Below, piece by piece: positions 50,305-61,799 of a stretch of DNA of 64,000 nt. Every line of letters starts with the position of its first letter. Within the stretch, counting starts at the first letter, position 1. The position numbers and the translations under genes are program-made. The DNA comes from Octopus sinensis. Lineage: Eukaryota. The notes under the pieces are model-generated. The model had not been told where the DNA came from. It searched no databases and saw only the letters and a list, made by a program, of their open reading frames with translations. The stretch lies in the NCBI RefSeq assembly GCF_006345805.1, contig NC_042997.1, forward strand, positions 82,646,001-82,710,000, read 5' to 3'.

Positions 50305-50914
50305 GGATCTTTTCCTTTTGAACGGCACATGTCAACACAATTTCTAGTTAACTAAACACTTTAAAACTTCGTATACTGGTAGAATGTGTCAAAATAAGAT
50401 TTTTTTCTCTTGGCTTTCTTGATAAAATTGTAATTCGTTTGTTTAACGTAGTTTAATTTTTACAATTTTAACCAATGAATCGCCTCTAATTGAGCTAAAA
50501 TCATTTGCTGCATCTAAAACTGAGACAACATCCTGTCACTAACCCTAAACCTCACCCTAACCCTAACCCTAATTTTTTATTCTTAATTGTTACGCGTGTA
50601 AAAAAAACGTTTTTTTTACACGCGTAACAATTAAATTAATTTAACAATTAAGAAAAAAAAAATTAGGGTTAGGGTTAGTGACAGGATGTTGTCTCAGTTT
50701 TAGACGCAGCAAATGATTTTAGCTCAATTAGAGGCGATTCATTGGTTAAAATTCTAAAAATTAAACTACGATAAATAAACGAATTACAATTTTATCAAGA
50801 AAGCCAAGAGAAAAAAATGTCTTATTTTGACACATTCTACCAGTATACGAAGTTTTAAAGTGTTTAGCTAACTAGAAATTGTGCTGACATGTGCCGTTCA
50901 AAAGGAAAAGATCC
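50305..50914. mobile_element. Foldback MITE (about 610 bp, nearly all TIR) with TTAGGG-type repeats
   Basis: GGATCTTTTCCTTTTGAACGGCA ... TGCCGTTCAAAAGGAAAAGATCC; arms about 270 bp; flanks gcgaaatt/gcgaaatc (7/8 TSD). Confidence 0.92.
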
Positions 50915-51394
50915 GCGAAATCGTAGAGAAACTGAAAATGAAGTTTTGTTGACTACAGTGTGGAGTAGCAGTAAACTCACGCGGGGCAGTTGTCCAGCCT
51001 CAAGATTTTATAAATTCTGGCTGGTTGTAAAGCATATTTTCTGACAGTAATTTCCTTGTTTTCTATGTGTCCTGAAGCAGGTGTACTGTGTATCGAAATG
51101 ATTGATCTTCTTAAGGTTGAAGGTTATCAATGCCCTAAAATGTTGAAGTCTCACCACATGAACTTTGGTTACATATACTGTGGATAAATATTTTTCTTCC
51201 ATGCATTACGAAAACAAAGAGAACACTCTAAGTTTTCTTCTCATTCCTGTCCTCTGCTTCTTTTTTTCCATGCTGATGCACAATTTGGGTCAGTCAAAAT
51301 AATAATGGATTCCCCAGAGTTTGTTGTTTTGTACTAGTAACAGGAGTTAGTTTAATCGACTTCTCCTTCCTTTAAATTGCTGGCCTTGTGCCTA

Positions 51395-51585
51395 AGCCTC
51401 GGGCAACGTGTCTTGCAGCGTAGAGTTATGGCCCATTACGCTCTGAGTTCAATCCCGCTGAGGTTAACTTTACCTTTCATCCCTACGGGGTCGATAAAAT
51501 AAAGTACCAGAATGTACTTCGGTTGCTTTAATCCACTTGTCCCCCCACACAGATTGTTGGTCTTGTGCCTAAATGAGAATTCATA
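51395..51585 (+). mobile_element. SINE family B, diverged
   Basis: ctctgagttcaatcccgctgaggttaactttacctttcatccctacggggtcgataaaataaagtacc. Confidence 0.72.
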
Positions 51586-51670
51586 TTAAAATTTTCTAGG
51601 ATGTCAGCCTTGATTTTTTTCTAAAACAAGAATTAATTATTTAGTTAATACATCCAATTTATTTTATAAC

Positions 51671-52552
51671 ATACTAGCAGTATCGCCTGGCATTGCTCGG
51701 GTTTGTAAGGGAAATAACTATATAAGCATTTTTAGAGATGTAAAGTATAATAGCTATCTCAATATGGTTAACCACAAAGGTTACTGTAGCTTTTTACGTT
51801 CTGAGATTTAATAATAAACTTTTAGAGAGTTACTTCCCTTATATATGCCAAAAATGCATTAAAAATGGGAAAAATTGATGGTAAATTTTTTTTTAAATCG
51901 TAGACTCATCGTAGACGCGCGCTAATACCCAGAAGGGCTCGATATGAATCACGACTATAAGATACCCGGTTTTGGTTAAACTGCACCGCAAAATGTGGGA
52001 GTAGTTAGGAATCTAAATCGTAGGAGACAGACAGCACACAACCTTACTTTTATATATAAAGACTAGCAGTATCGCCCGGCGTTGCTTGGGTTTGTAAGGG
52101 AAATAACTATATAAGCATTTTTAGAGAGTTACTTCCTTATAGATGCCAATATCGGGCTTTCTTAGCCATTTCTGTTTTGGTGTCTAAAAGAACGCTGGTC
52201 TCCTTGACAACGCTTTACGACGTTGATTTCCTTACACTCCCTTCCCCACAGCTTCACGAGGGAGGGAAGAAGGGGGAGAAGCAAACAGGTGCAGGTGTGA
52301 CCATGGACGCCAACTCCGCCGCCATCGACACACGAAAAATTATGCATTAAAATGGAATAAAAAATGATGTTAAATTATTTTTAAAATCGTAGACTCATCG
52401 TAGACGCGCGCTAATAGCCAGACGGGCTCGATATGAATCACGACTATAAGATACCCGAATTTGGTTAAACTGCACCGCAAAATGTGGGAGTAGTTAGGAA
52501 TCTAAATCGAAGGGGACAGACACTCACACAACTACAGTTTTATATATATAGA
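51671..52552 (+). mobile_element. Two head-to-tail non-autonomous Helitron/Helentron-like copies (51671-52061; 52062-52552)
   Basis: Both start ACTAGCAGTATCGCC(T/C)GGC(A/G)TTGCT(C/T)GGG and end ...cacaac...ttttatatata(a/t)aga; shared core aatcgtagactcatcgtagacgcgcgctaat. Confidence 0.8.
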
Positions 52553-52645
52553 TGTCATTACGTGTAATGTTCTTTTTTTTTTCATATATATAGAATGTTT
52601 TTAACATAAAATAAAATAATTATTAGATTCTCCAGCTGTTGCACC

Positions 52646-52776
52646 CACTAGCGTAGCTAGAGTGTGTGCCGCCAGGGGCGACCCTTCTGTTTGCCGGCTC
52701 CCGACCCCACAAAAAAAAAACATATATTGCCTATAGCAGATCCAAAAGTACCGCCCCACCCCTAGCTACACTAGTG
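52646..52776. mobile_element. hAT-like MITE (131 bp)
   Basis: CACTAGCGTAGCTAG ... CTAGCTACACTAGTG; 8-bp flanks gttgcacc/gttgtatc (6/8). Confidence 0.72.
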
Positions 52777-52999
52777 GTTGTATCAATATAAGTAGCTTAC
52801 AATAAGATTTCGCGGGAGATAGATTATCAAAATTTAATGAGGGGGAGAAAGTTGGAATAAAAGCGGGGGCAGAATCTTAATGATTAATAAGCTGCGGAAG
52901 AAGATAAAAGCCAGGGGTGGTGGTGGAAAAATCCGAAAAATTAATAAGCAGGGGTGGAAAAAATCTGAACAATTAATAAGCGGAGTGAGGAGGGAATAA

Positions 53000-53037
<38 letters not shown>

Positions 53038-53284
53038 AAAAATCTGAAAAATTAATAAGCGGGTGTTGGAGGCGGACGATTATTCAAGACCCCATAGTAG
53101 GTGAAAAAGGGTAGATAGGTGGTGAAAGTATTGGCCGTCTGAGCGAGTGCAGTACGCTAACTAAAAAAAAGTATAAACGCAAGCATGTCTGCTGGTAAAA
53201 CTGTGCATTGCGACGTTAGCTAAGTTTGTGGATTTTAAATGACAGAAAAGTGGTATGCTCAAAGGCCAGAAGCTGTAATGGTGA

Positions 53285-53620
53285 ATGATAATTACAAGAT
53301 TTTATGGGATTTCTCCTGAAAAACTGATCGTATTATTAAAGCAAGGAAATGTCTTGGAGGATAGAAATAACAAACTCATATGATAGCAGAATGGATAATA
53401 CAAACTGAGAAATTTGTAAAATATTAAGACATAGCCATAGTGATGAAGAGATTGTGGAACACAAGCGTGAAAATTGTTCCTCTGGTAACATGTGCACTTT
53501 TCACAACGCCCAAACTGCTACCTAAGAGGCCGGAATATAATGAAATTTAAGCACGTATTATCGACATGCAGAAAAATGTCATTGTGTACTCCACAAGAGC
53601 ACTAGGAAAGATTTGAAGAG
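53285..53620 (+). mobile_element. R4/Dong-like LINE 3' fragment (restriction-like endonuclease domain)
   Basis: LWDF...DRIIKAR, EKFVKY*DIAIVMKRLWN...IVPLVTCAL and MQKNVIVYSTRALGK. Confidence 0.78.
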
Positions 53621-53639
53621 ACATAGTGTCTCTAGATCT

Positions 53640-54120
53640 CAGGACAACATCTCTCTTAATGTTTCTAGTTCAAATCCTGCCATGGTCAATTTTACCTTTC
53701 ATCGATAAAATAAGTACTGAGGACGATGGTTTCTACTGACTTCCTCCTTACAAAATTATAGGCTTTGTGTTTAAAATAGAAACAAAATGCTTAGTATTTC
53801 ATCAGACTACTGATGAAATATTTGAGCTCAAATTCTTCCTGTAATCGACAAGCAGTCTCCCCATAAATTCCAAGTCTTGTGCTTATAATATAAACATTTA
53901 TAGTTATTCTTAAGGGTGGTGAATAGAAAGAATCATTCAAGTATTATACACAATAACTTGCAGTATTTCTTCCGGATCTTTACATTCAGAATTCAAGTCT
54001 GGCTGAGGTCGGCTTTGCCTTTCATCCTTCCAAGTCGATAAAATAAAAGTACCAACCAAATTTTGTGGTAAATTTATCTAATCTTCCCCCAACACTTCAC
54101 GCATTTAACCCATAATAGGA
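53640..54120 (+). mobile_element. Two or three diverged SINE family B copies
   Basis: ttacctttcatcgataaaataagtac and gctttgcctttcatccttccaagtcgataaaataaaagtacc motifs. Confidence 0.6.
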
Positions 54121-54589
54121 ACAATTATTATCATTATCTGACTGTTCAATTATCCGGTCTATTTCCACCATATTGGTCTCTTAATTGAGCGTGTTTTTTC
54201 TTTAACTTTCGAATTAAGGAAAACAGGATTTTGTATGTACGTATGTATGTATGTAGTATGTATGTATGTATGTATGTATGTATGTATGTATGTGTCCATG
54301 CATACATATGTATGTGTGTTTGTATGCATGCATGCGTATATGTGTATGTATGTGTGTATGTGCGTATATATGTATACGTGTGTGTGTGTGTGTGTGAGTG
54401 CGCGCGGGCCTACGTACGTATATATATTATGTTTAGTAATGGAAGGCAAGTTTTATGATATCGAAGGAATATCATCTCCTTCCATCATTCTTCTTGTTCT
54501 TTATGTAATTCAGGCTTTCGGCTGGCGAAGAGAAAAGACTTTAAGTACAACTGCTATTTACAACTGGTTTATTTGAAGGAAAGGTGAAG

Positions 54590-54890
54590 TGTGCTGCTTT
54601 CAGCTACCATCTTAAGCTCCGAATAGTGCGGGCGCATTGCCTCTGAAGATAGAAAGGCAGAAAGCTTTGCCAGTGTTGGTGTTCAGCCAATGCTGCGGGG
54701 TAATGGCGCCAAAAGAGGCTGGTCTGAATCGGTTTCCCGTTTATATAGTTTTCTCCATCGCGAGCCTTGTTGTGATCTCGCGCATGGTAAATGGATGCAG
54801 GTGAGGTCTGGCTCCAATCTTAGAGATGGTAATGGCTGCCGTGAGATCTCATCCAATATGGCGCTGGCTGTTTGTGCCGCTACATATGTA
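54590..54890. promoter_or_regulatory. Candidate promoter/enhancer (CpG-rich, not recognised as a repeat)
   Basis: CCAAT at 54687, 54814 and 54853; TATATAAA on the minus strand at 54740-54747; ATGGCG (YY1-like) at 54703 and 54858. Confidence 0.4.
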
Positions 54891-55360
54891 TACATGTATA
54901 CATTTATGTACGTATTTACATGTATGTTTGTGTACACTTGAGTATGAATGTGTGTGTATTTGTGTGTACGTGTGAAGGCATAGACGTCGCCGCGAAGTTA
55001 CAAAGTTTGCTACGCTATCATTGAATCCTTGGTTTAATTCTACTGTTTAGCATCATGAGCAAGTTTCTCTTGATATAATCCAAGTTTCACTAACCTAAAC
55101 TTTGCGAATGAAATTCGGTTGACGGAACACTTGGAATTCTGTCGAATGTATTGAGCCGGTGATTTAAAGATCCAACCTTGTCATCTATTTTGTCGGATTA
55201 AATTGTGCTCAGAATTACATTGACGCTACACATGTCTGTGGAATACACAACCACTTACACGTTAATTGAACGAGTAGTACTTTCAGGTGGTCGAACAACT
55301 GAATTCTATTCGTCAAAACAAACGAATGATACCGCATCTCGCTCTCTCTCTCAGCTAACT

Positions 55361-55543
55361 CTGATGAGCATAAAGTTATATAATCGGATTTTTACCTGAC
55401 ACTCCATTGTATAATTTACGCGAAACCGATTGGTTAGACCAACCGTGATGGAAATTTAATACTATACATTTCGGATAATATACCCACTCTACTGACAGAT
55501 ATATGAGTCCATCTTTTCCCTGACTTATGGTCTCTTAGACGAC
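55361..55543 (+). mobile_element. Penelope-type terminal segment with hammerhead-like core (copy 1)
   Basis: CTGATGA at 55361, GAAAC at 55422; homologous to 62301-62482. Confidence 0.6.
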
Positions 55544-55807
55544 CCATGTGTTGCACGCACACGCTGCCACAAAATGAAGGGTGCATTACAATAGGCTCTC
55601 CGCGGCTGGTGCGTATGTATATATATATATATGTACATATCTGTGTGTGTGTGTGTGTGTGTGCATACATGCATACATACAAACATACATACATACATGA
55701 TGCAATGGCTAAATTGTCACCATTTATATTTTTAATTTCGTGCATGCGCATTGTTTGTTTTTGATTTTGTCGACTACACAGGGCACCATCTGTGAGAAAA
55801 ACAGCCC

Positions 55808-55855
<48 letters not shown>

Positions 55856-56110
55856 CAAAATAATTGAGATTTAGATGAATTAGGTACTTAGGTTGAGGCA
55901 CAAAAAATTAGTTCGATATTATCTGTACAATATCAAAAATAAGGTGAATAAAATCAAAATAAGCAACAGGATATCCTGAGGTGATGCAGTGCAACCGTTT
56001 CAAGCGACTCCATTTAATTGAACAATGCAATCATTATATCAATTTAAATGCAGAGCTATCCGCAGCTGCATAGATAAGTAAATAGTGTTAATTTAATCAT
56101 CAGTCAGACA

Positions 56111-56518
56111 CATTTTACTCTTTTACTTATTTCAGTCATTTGACTGCGGCCATGTTGGAGCACCGCCTTTAGTCGAGCAAATTGCCCCCAGGACTTATTC
56201 CTTGTAAGCCTAGTACTTATTCTATCGGTCTCTTTTGCCGAACCGCTAGTTACGGAGACGTAAACACACCAGCATCGGTTGTCAAGCGATGTTGAGGTGG
56301 GGTTGGGAGGGACAAACAGACACACAAACATATACACACACATATATATATATACATGTATACGACGGGCTTCTTTCAGTTTCCGTCTGCCAAATCCACC
56401 CAGAAGGCTTTGGTCGGCCCGAGGCTATAGTAGAAGATACTTGCCCAAGGTGCCACGCAGTGGGACTGAACCTGGAACCATGTGGTTAGTAAGCAAGCTA
56501 CTTACCACACAGCCATTC
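56111..56518 (-). mobile_element. SINE family A, full length, CpGs intact
   Basis: Complete tail, microsatellite and head; retains ccgaaccgctagttacggagacg. Confidence 0.92.
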
Positions 56519-57269
56519 CTGCGCCTATGTATAATGTTACTTAAATCTTCTAAGTGGGTAAGAAGACAAAGTCCATGCTGTTTCCACTTCAGCTTAGAAG
56601 CTACTAAGACATCACGAATAAAAAGAAACTTGTTAGGGTTCTAGCTTGTCACTGATTTTAGGGGTCGGTTTTGATTTATAGTCCTAGTTTATCAAATCTT
56701 TGTATATCAAAATCTAAGACAATAGAGCAGTGTCTGATAGGAAAGGACACAAGGGAGATGTCAGAATCATAGTGGGTATAGTCATAAAACTTGTCAAGAT
56801 TATTTTGAAGCAGTATAAAGTAACTGGTTATAATGAGGTTTAGTAAAGGAAGATCTTAAATCAAGATGTTAATTACCAATTAAAGGGGCAAGACTCTAAT
56901 AAAACCAATGATTATAATACAGGGGAACAGAAAATATTATAAGCAAAATGATAAATTTTTTAATAATATTGAGTATATACCAAATTTGCAACAATAGAGA
57001 GAGAAAAAAATTACGTAGAATTAGTTTAATATTTATTCATATACTTAAATATTTACTTATTAGGTGGTAATAATGAAGATTATCCACTTGTATTTACTGG
57101 CAATTTAATAAAGGAATACTGGGGCGATAGAACATGCTAATAATAAAATAATAATCTAAAAGGTATATTATAAGTTGTGGAGTTTCCGGTGTTGTTATAT
57201 ATAAGCTAATATTATTTATTATTTATTTATGCAGCTGAGGATAACTCTGCATTTAAATTAATGTAATGA

Positions 57270-59008
57270 TTGCATTGTTCAAGTTGCTTCAAACGGCCAT
57301 ACTGCATCAACTCTGGATATCCTGTTGCATATTTGGCCGAAATTGTCCTCTCACTCAACTGCTTCTCCTTCACGGGCGATTTCTACCAGCAGATCTCGGG
57401 AGTGGCCATGAGAACGAGAATGGGCCCCAACTATGGGAACCTGTTCGTTGGTTATGTTGAGGCCCAAATATTCTCAAGTTTCACTGGTCCCACTCCCGAA
57501 CTATATAGCCGTTATATTGACGACTGTATCGGTGCAACCTTACTCTCCTGCGAACATCTAGACTCCTTCCTCTCTTTTGTCTAATCTTTCCATCCTGCCC
57601 TCCACTTCTCCTGCACTATCTCTGACACCTCTGTCTCCTTTCTTGAAATTTTTGGTCAGTATTCATCACTCCACTCTTACCACCTCCATCCACTACAAAC
57701 ACACAGACTCACACTCATACTTCAACTTCTCCTCCTCCCACCCTAAACACACCAAGTTTTCAATGCCCTATTCTCAATTCCTCCGTCTACGCAGTCTCTG
57801 TAGTGACGACCATGACTTTGAGACTCAGTCTCAACTTGCCACTTCAATCCTACGTGGATATCCCCTCACCACTATCCACACCGCCCTTACCAGAGCACGT
57901 TCCGTGGACCGTGCATCTTCTCTCTCCCCCCGAACCTGCTCGTCGTCTCCCGCCTCCCGTTTTCCCTCACCTACCACCCCACCGCCCTACCTCTCCAACG
58001 CACCATTCTCCGAGCTTTGTGGCATCTCCAGTCCGACCCCTTCACTTCACACATCTTCCCTACCCGACCTCTCCCCTCCTTCAAACGAGCCCACAACCTA
58101 CGAGACATCTTGGTCCACAGATTCTTCCCCAACCCAGCCTCACAATCTGGCTCGTTCCCTTGCTCCCGCCCACGCTGTCGCACTTGCCCTTACCTCTCCA
58201 ACACCACCCTCCTCACCAGTACCCATCATCGACCCTATCACATCACCGACTCCTTCACCTGCACTTCTACCAATATCATCTATTGCATCTCCTGCTCTCT
58301 CTGCCACTCTCTGTATATCAGACAAACGGGACGCCGCTTGGCTGACCGGTTCGCGGAACACCTCCAAGGCATCCGCCTCGGCAATTACACCACGGTCTCA
58401 CGCCGTTTTCACTCTACCGGTCACTCTTTGCAACACCTGTCCGTGTTCGAATTGTCCTTGCAGAGGCCATCCGGACTCCCGTTTGTGCCGTGATTAGGAA
58501 TTAATCTTCTCTCTTCGCTCCTTTGCACCATATGGGTTCAACTCTCCTCCCCTTGCCTCTCTCCACTCACTCCTACTTCCTCCCTTGCTCCAACTCCTAC
58601 TTCTCTTCACCCCTACTCTCTTCTCTCATACCATCTTCCCCTTCCCCCTTCATCGTCACCCTCTCCCACATTCCCCACCCTCTGCCTTCCCACATACTCC
58701 ACCTCTACCCCAACCTTCAGCCTAACCCACACCCCACCCGTGCTTTCCCCACTCTCACCTCCCAACATCATCACACCACACCAAACTACACCGTACCACA
58801 TAACACATCACAACACACCAGCACTGACCAATTCCCATCCCCGCATTTTCACACCTACACATACACACACGCACACGTCAAGATCACCAGCCCTCTTTCA
58901 CACGCACATACATACTCTCTTACACACACGCGCACCTTCGTTTTGGGATCACTACTACTTTGTTATCTCCCCTACTTCTTAGCTCTCCTGTGTGACCTTT
59001 CTGTCACA
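57270..59008 (+). mobile_element. 5'-truncated Neptune-type Penelope-like element (RT + Zn-finger linker + GIY-YIG)
   Basis: GVAMRTRMGPNY, RYIDD, YSQFLRLRSLCSD, RGYP, PCSRPRCRTC and NIIYCISCSLC..LYIRQTGRRLADRFAEH; C-rich 3' region. Confidence 0.93.
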
Positions 59009-59693
59009 TTTTCGTAGCATTTTGAAAGGCAGGAAAAAGCAGACTTCTCTTGATAGGTTTCTAATGAAATGACCTGCAAGTGTAAAAAGTGAAGTAAGTG
59101 TGTCCAAAAAGCCTAAATTAAGCGAAGTGAGAGAGAAAACGCTAGAAATTGTCTGTCCTGAAGGCTTGATGGCAGGAGAATCTCCTTCCAAACATTGTCT
59201 TCCTGGTGCACAAATCGTCCCAACTTTAAGCTAATTCAGTTAATAAAACTAGTTTACAAGGCAGCGAGCTGGGCGAAATGCTTTGCGGTATTTCTTCTGT
59301 CTTTACGTTCTGAGTTTAAATTCCGCCGAGTTCGACTTTGCCCTTCATCCTTTCAGGGTCGATAAATTAAGTACCAGTTGCGGAATGATGTCGATCTAAG
59401 CAACTGGCGCTCTCCTCCCAAATTTTGGGCCTTGTGCTTAGAGTAGAAAAGAATAAAACCAGTTTACATATTTCTTTTGCATTCACTTTTTTTTATAATT
59501 GTCATTTTACTTGTAATTACATCTTTTTTGTTTTAAAACCCATAAAAAATATTTTTTAGTGGTTTTGGGGTGTTGGAACGGATTAATTATATTTTAGTTA
59601 GTTTCAATTGGGAAAACGGATGTGTAAAACGAGTAAATCGTAAAACGAGCTTGGTCATGGAACGAATGAAACTCGTACTACGAGATATCACTG
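59009..59693 (+). mobile_element. Tigger/pogo 3' remnant, interrupted by a SINE
   Basis: FRSILKGRKKQTSLDRFL C-terminus and right TIR actcgtactacgagatatcactg|ta. Confidence 0.72.
59256..59455 (+). mobile_element. SINE family B, CpGs intact
   Basis: aaggcagcgagctgggcgaaatg...ttccgccgagttcgactttg...agagtagaaaagaat. Confidence 0.88.
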
Positions 59694-59699
59694 TATCTT

Positions 59700-60472
59700 G
59701 AAATACTAAAGAGTAAATTTATTCAATAAAATCGCCACTGGCTTCAACTACAGCCGCCAGACGACTTTGGAATTTCTTGCAACCCTTCTGGACAGTCACT
59801 TTGTTTAAATTGGTGAATGCTGCCATAATCCTTGCCTTCAGTTCATCTTTGGTGTTACAAGGGGCTTTGTTGGTCTCTCACTCAACTGCACCCCACATAT
59901 GATAATCAAGGGCGGGGTAGGTGCAGTCTGGTGCAGATGTTAGGGTATGATGTGGTCGCAGAAATTGTTTGACAGCCACGACTGGGTTCTCCTGCTTGTG
60001 TGACATGGTGCAGAGTCCTTTTGCAAGAAATAGGGTCTCCCAGCAGGCACCGCCTTGACCCAGAGCAGCACTACCTCCTCCAGGCACTTGATGTAGGCAT
60101 CCGTGTTAAGTTACAGGCCGTGAGGGAAGATGAATATAGGCATAACGTCGCCATCGCTAGTGGTCACTCTACCATGATATTGACTAGATGTTTGATTTTT
60201 ATCACCTTCGGTACATGTTTTGGGGACACAGGAAGCCAACGGTTATTCTGTGTTTTCAGCAACTGTTTGTATTGGCGCTTGCGGCGCAAATGCCAAGATG
60301 TATAGCATGTTGTTTTCAATTTTTTGGCAGAGTGAATTGCATCATGGAGTTTTTCTCACAGACGGTGCCCAACTGACCCTACTATACTGTGTAGTCGACA
60401 AAATCAAGAACAAACAATGAGCATGTGCAAGATTAAAAATATAAAATGGCAATAATTCACCCATCGCACCCT
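59700..60472 (-). mobile_element. Tc1/mariner (maT/DD37D-like) remnant with internal deletion
   Basis: NNRWL, VTSDGDVMP, LQKDSAPCHTSRRTQSWL, LDYHMWGAVE and CNTKDELKARI; terminal sequence at 60446-60472. Confidence 0.82.
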
Positions 60473-60821
60473 ATATATATATATATAGTGCAGTATATTT
60501 GCCACCTGAATGTGGCTAACCCTTAAGAGCTACTGTAGCTTGTAGCCCCAAGAAGACATCTCCTCCAGCTGTCTATTGACACACTGCCTGTGCCCTATCG
60601 GTATTTGCAAAGGGACGTCATCGTTCCCATCTCCAGCTTGACGTGATACAAACGTACATGAGTTTCTGGGTATTGACCCGTTATCAGCTCGTGACAACCA
60701 CCGGTTGGCGATGGAAAATGATTCTCAATAAAAATATATATATACTTTTTCCAGTGACGAAAAGTCACTGATCTCCAAAAAAGTGGAAGCAATCAATAAT
60801 AAATCTCTGAGCGAGGTATAA

Positions 60822-60875
60822 ACGGCTGTGTGGTAAGTAGCCGGAAACTGAAAGAAGCCCGATGTATATATACAA

Positions 60876-60925
<50 letters not shown>

Positions 60926-61140
60926 GTATATGTTTATGTGTCTGTCTTTGTCCTCCCACCATCGCTTGACAACCGATGTTGGTGTGTTTACGTCCCCGTA
61001 ACTTAGCGGTTTGGCAAAGAGGTCGATAGAATAAGTACTAGGCTTACAAAGAATAAGTCCTGGGGGCGATTTACTCGACTAAAGATGGTGCTCCACCATG
61101 GCCGCAGTCAAATGACTGAAACAAGTAAAAGAATAAAAGA
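60822..61140 (+). mobile_element. SINE family A with deleted head
   Basis: cggctgtgtggtaagtag joined to ccggaaactgaaagaagcccg; intact tail. Confidence 0.85.
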
Positions 61141-61740
61141 ATATATATATAATGACGGTGCCCCAGCATGACCACAGCTCGTGAGCTGAAACTAGATAAA
61201 ATGATAAAATGAAAATTATATATATATACATAATACAAAATAAGTTGATTATTGATTAAGTTGTATTCTTCCATTTTCATATTTTGTATTATGAATTTGA
61301 GGTAAAACATTTTACCTTCGCCCATATAATACAATAAATGAATTAATTGTATCGCAATTCTTAGCATTTATGTATTAACTTTATTAGGTGCTTTACTGGC
61401 AGTATATTGGATAATAAATTATTATTCCAGATTTACAGGTAAAATTCAGTATAATAATATTAGGCCGAATTTCGTAATATATAATATATGTATATAACTC
61501 ATTTAGAGACGAACCACCACTCCACAACTCAGTCAATGAAGAACCCGTCCAAAACCATGTTGTAAGACATATACTATACAAAATACTAATCTGAAATTTT
61601 AATAATATAATATTGAACAGTAAGGTTATTACAATCATATAATATATAAGAGCAACTACTCAGTGAATACCATACAAAGAAACATTCATCATAAAAATAT
61701 TAATCTAAAATCAAATAAAGTATAAATTGAACAAAATATA

Positions 61741-61794
<54 letters not shown>

Positions 61795-61799
<5 letters not shown>

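Noticed and set aside
50539-50680. Interstitial telomere or chromosome-fusion site (head-to-head CCCTAA/TTAGGG)
   Set aside because: Only a few units are present, they sit within the TIRs of a TSD-flanked MITE, and their orientation follows from the foldback structure.
2324-61140. tRNA genes
   Set aside because: The A/B-box-like sequences are SINE heads; I saw no complete cloverleaf.
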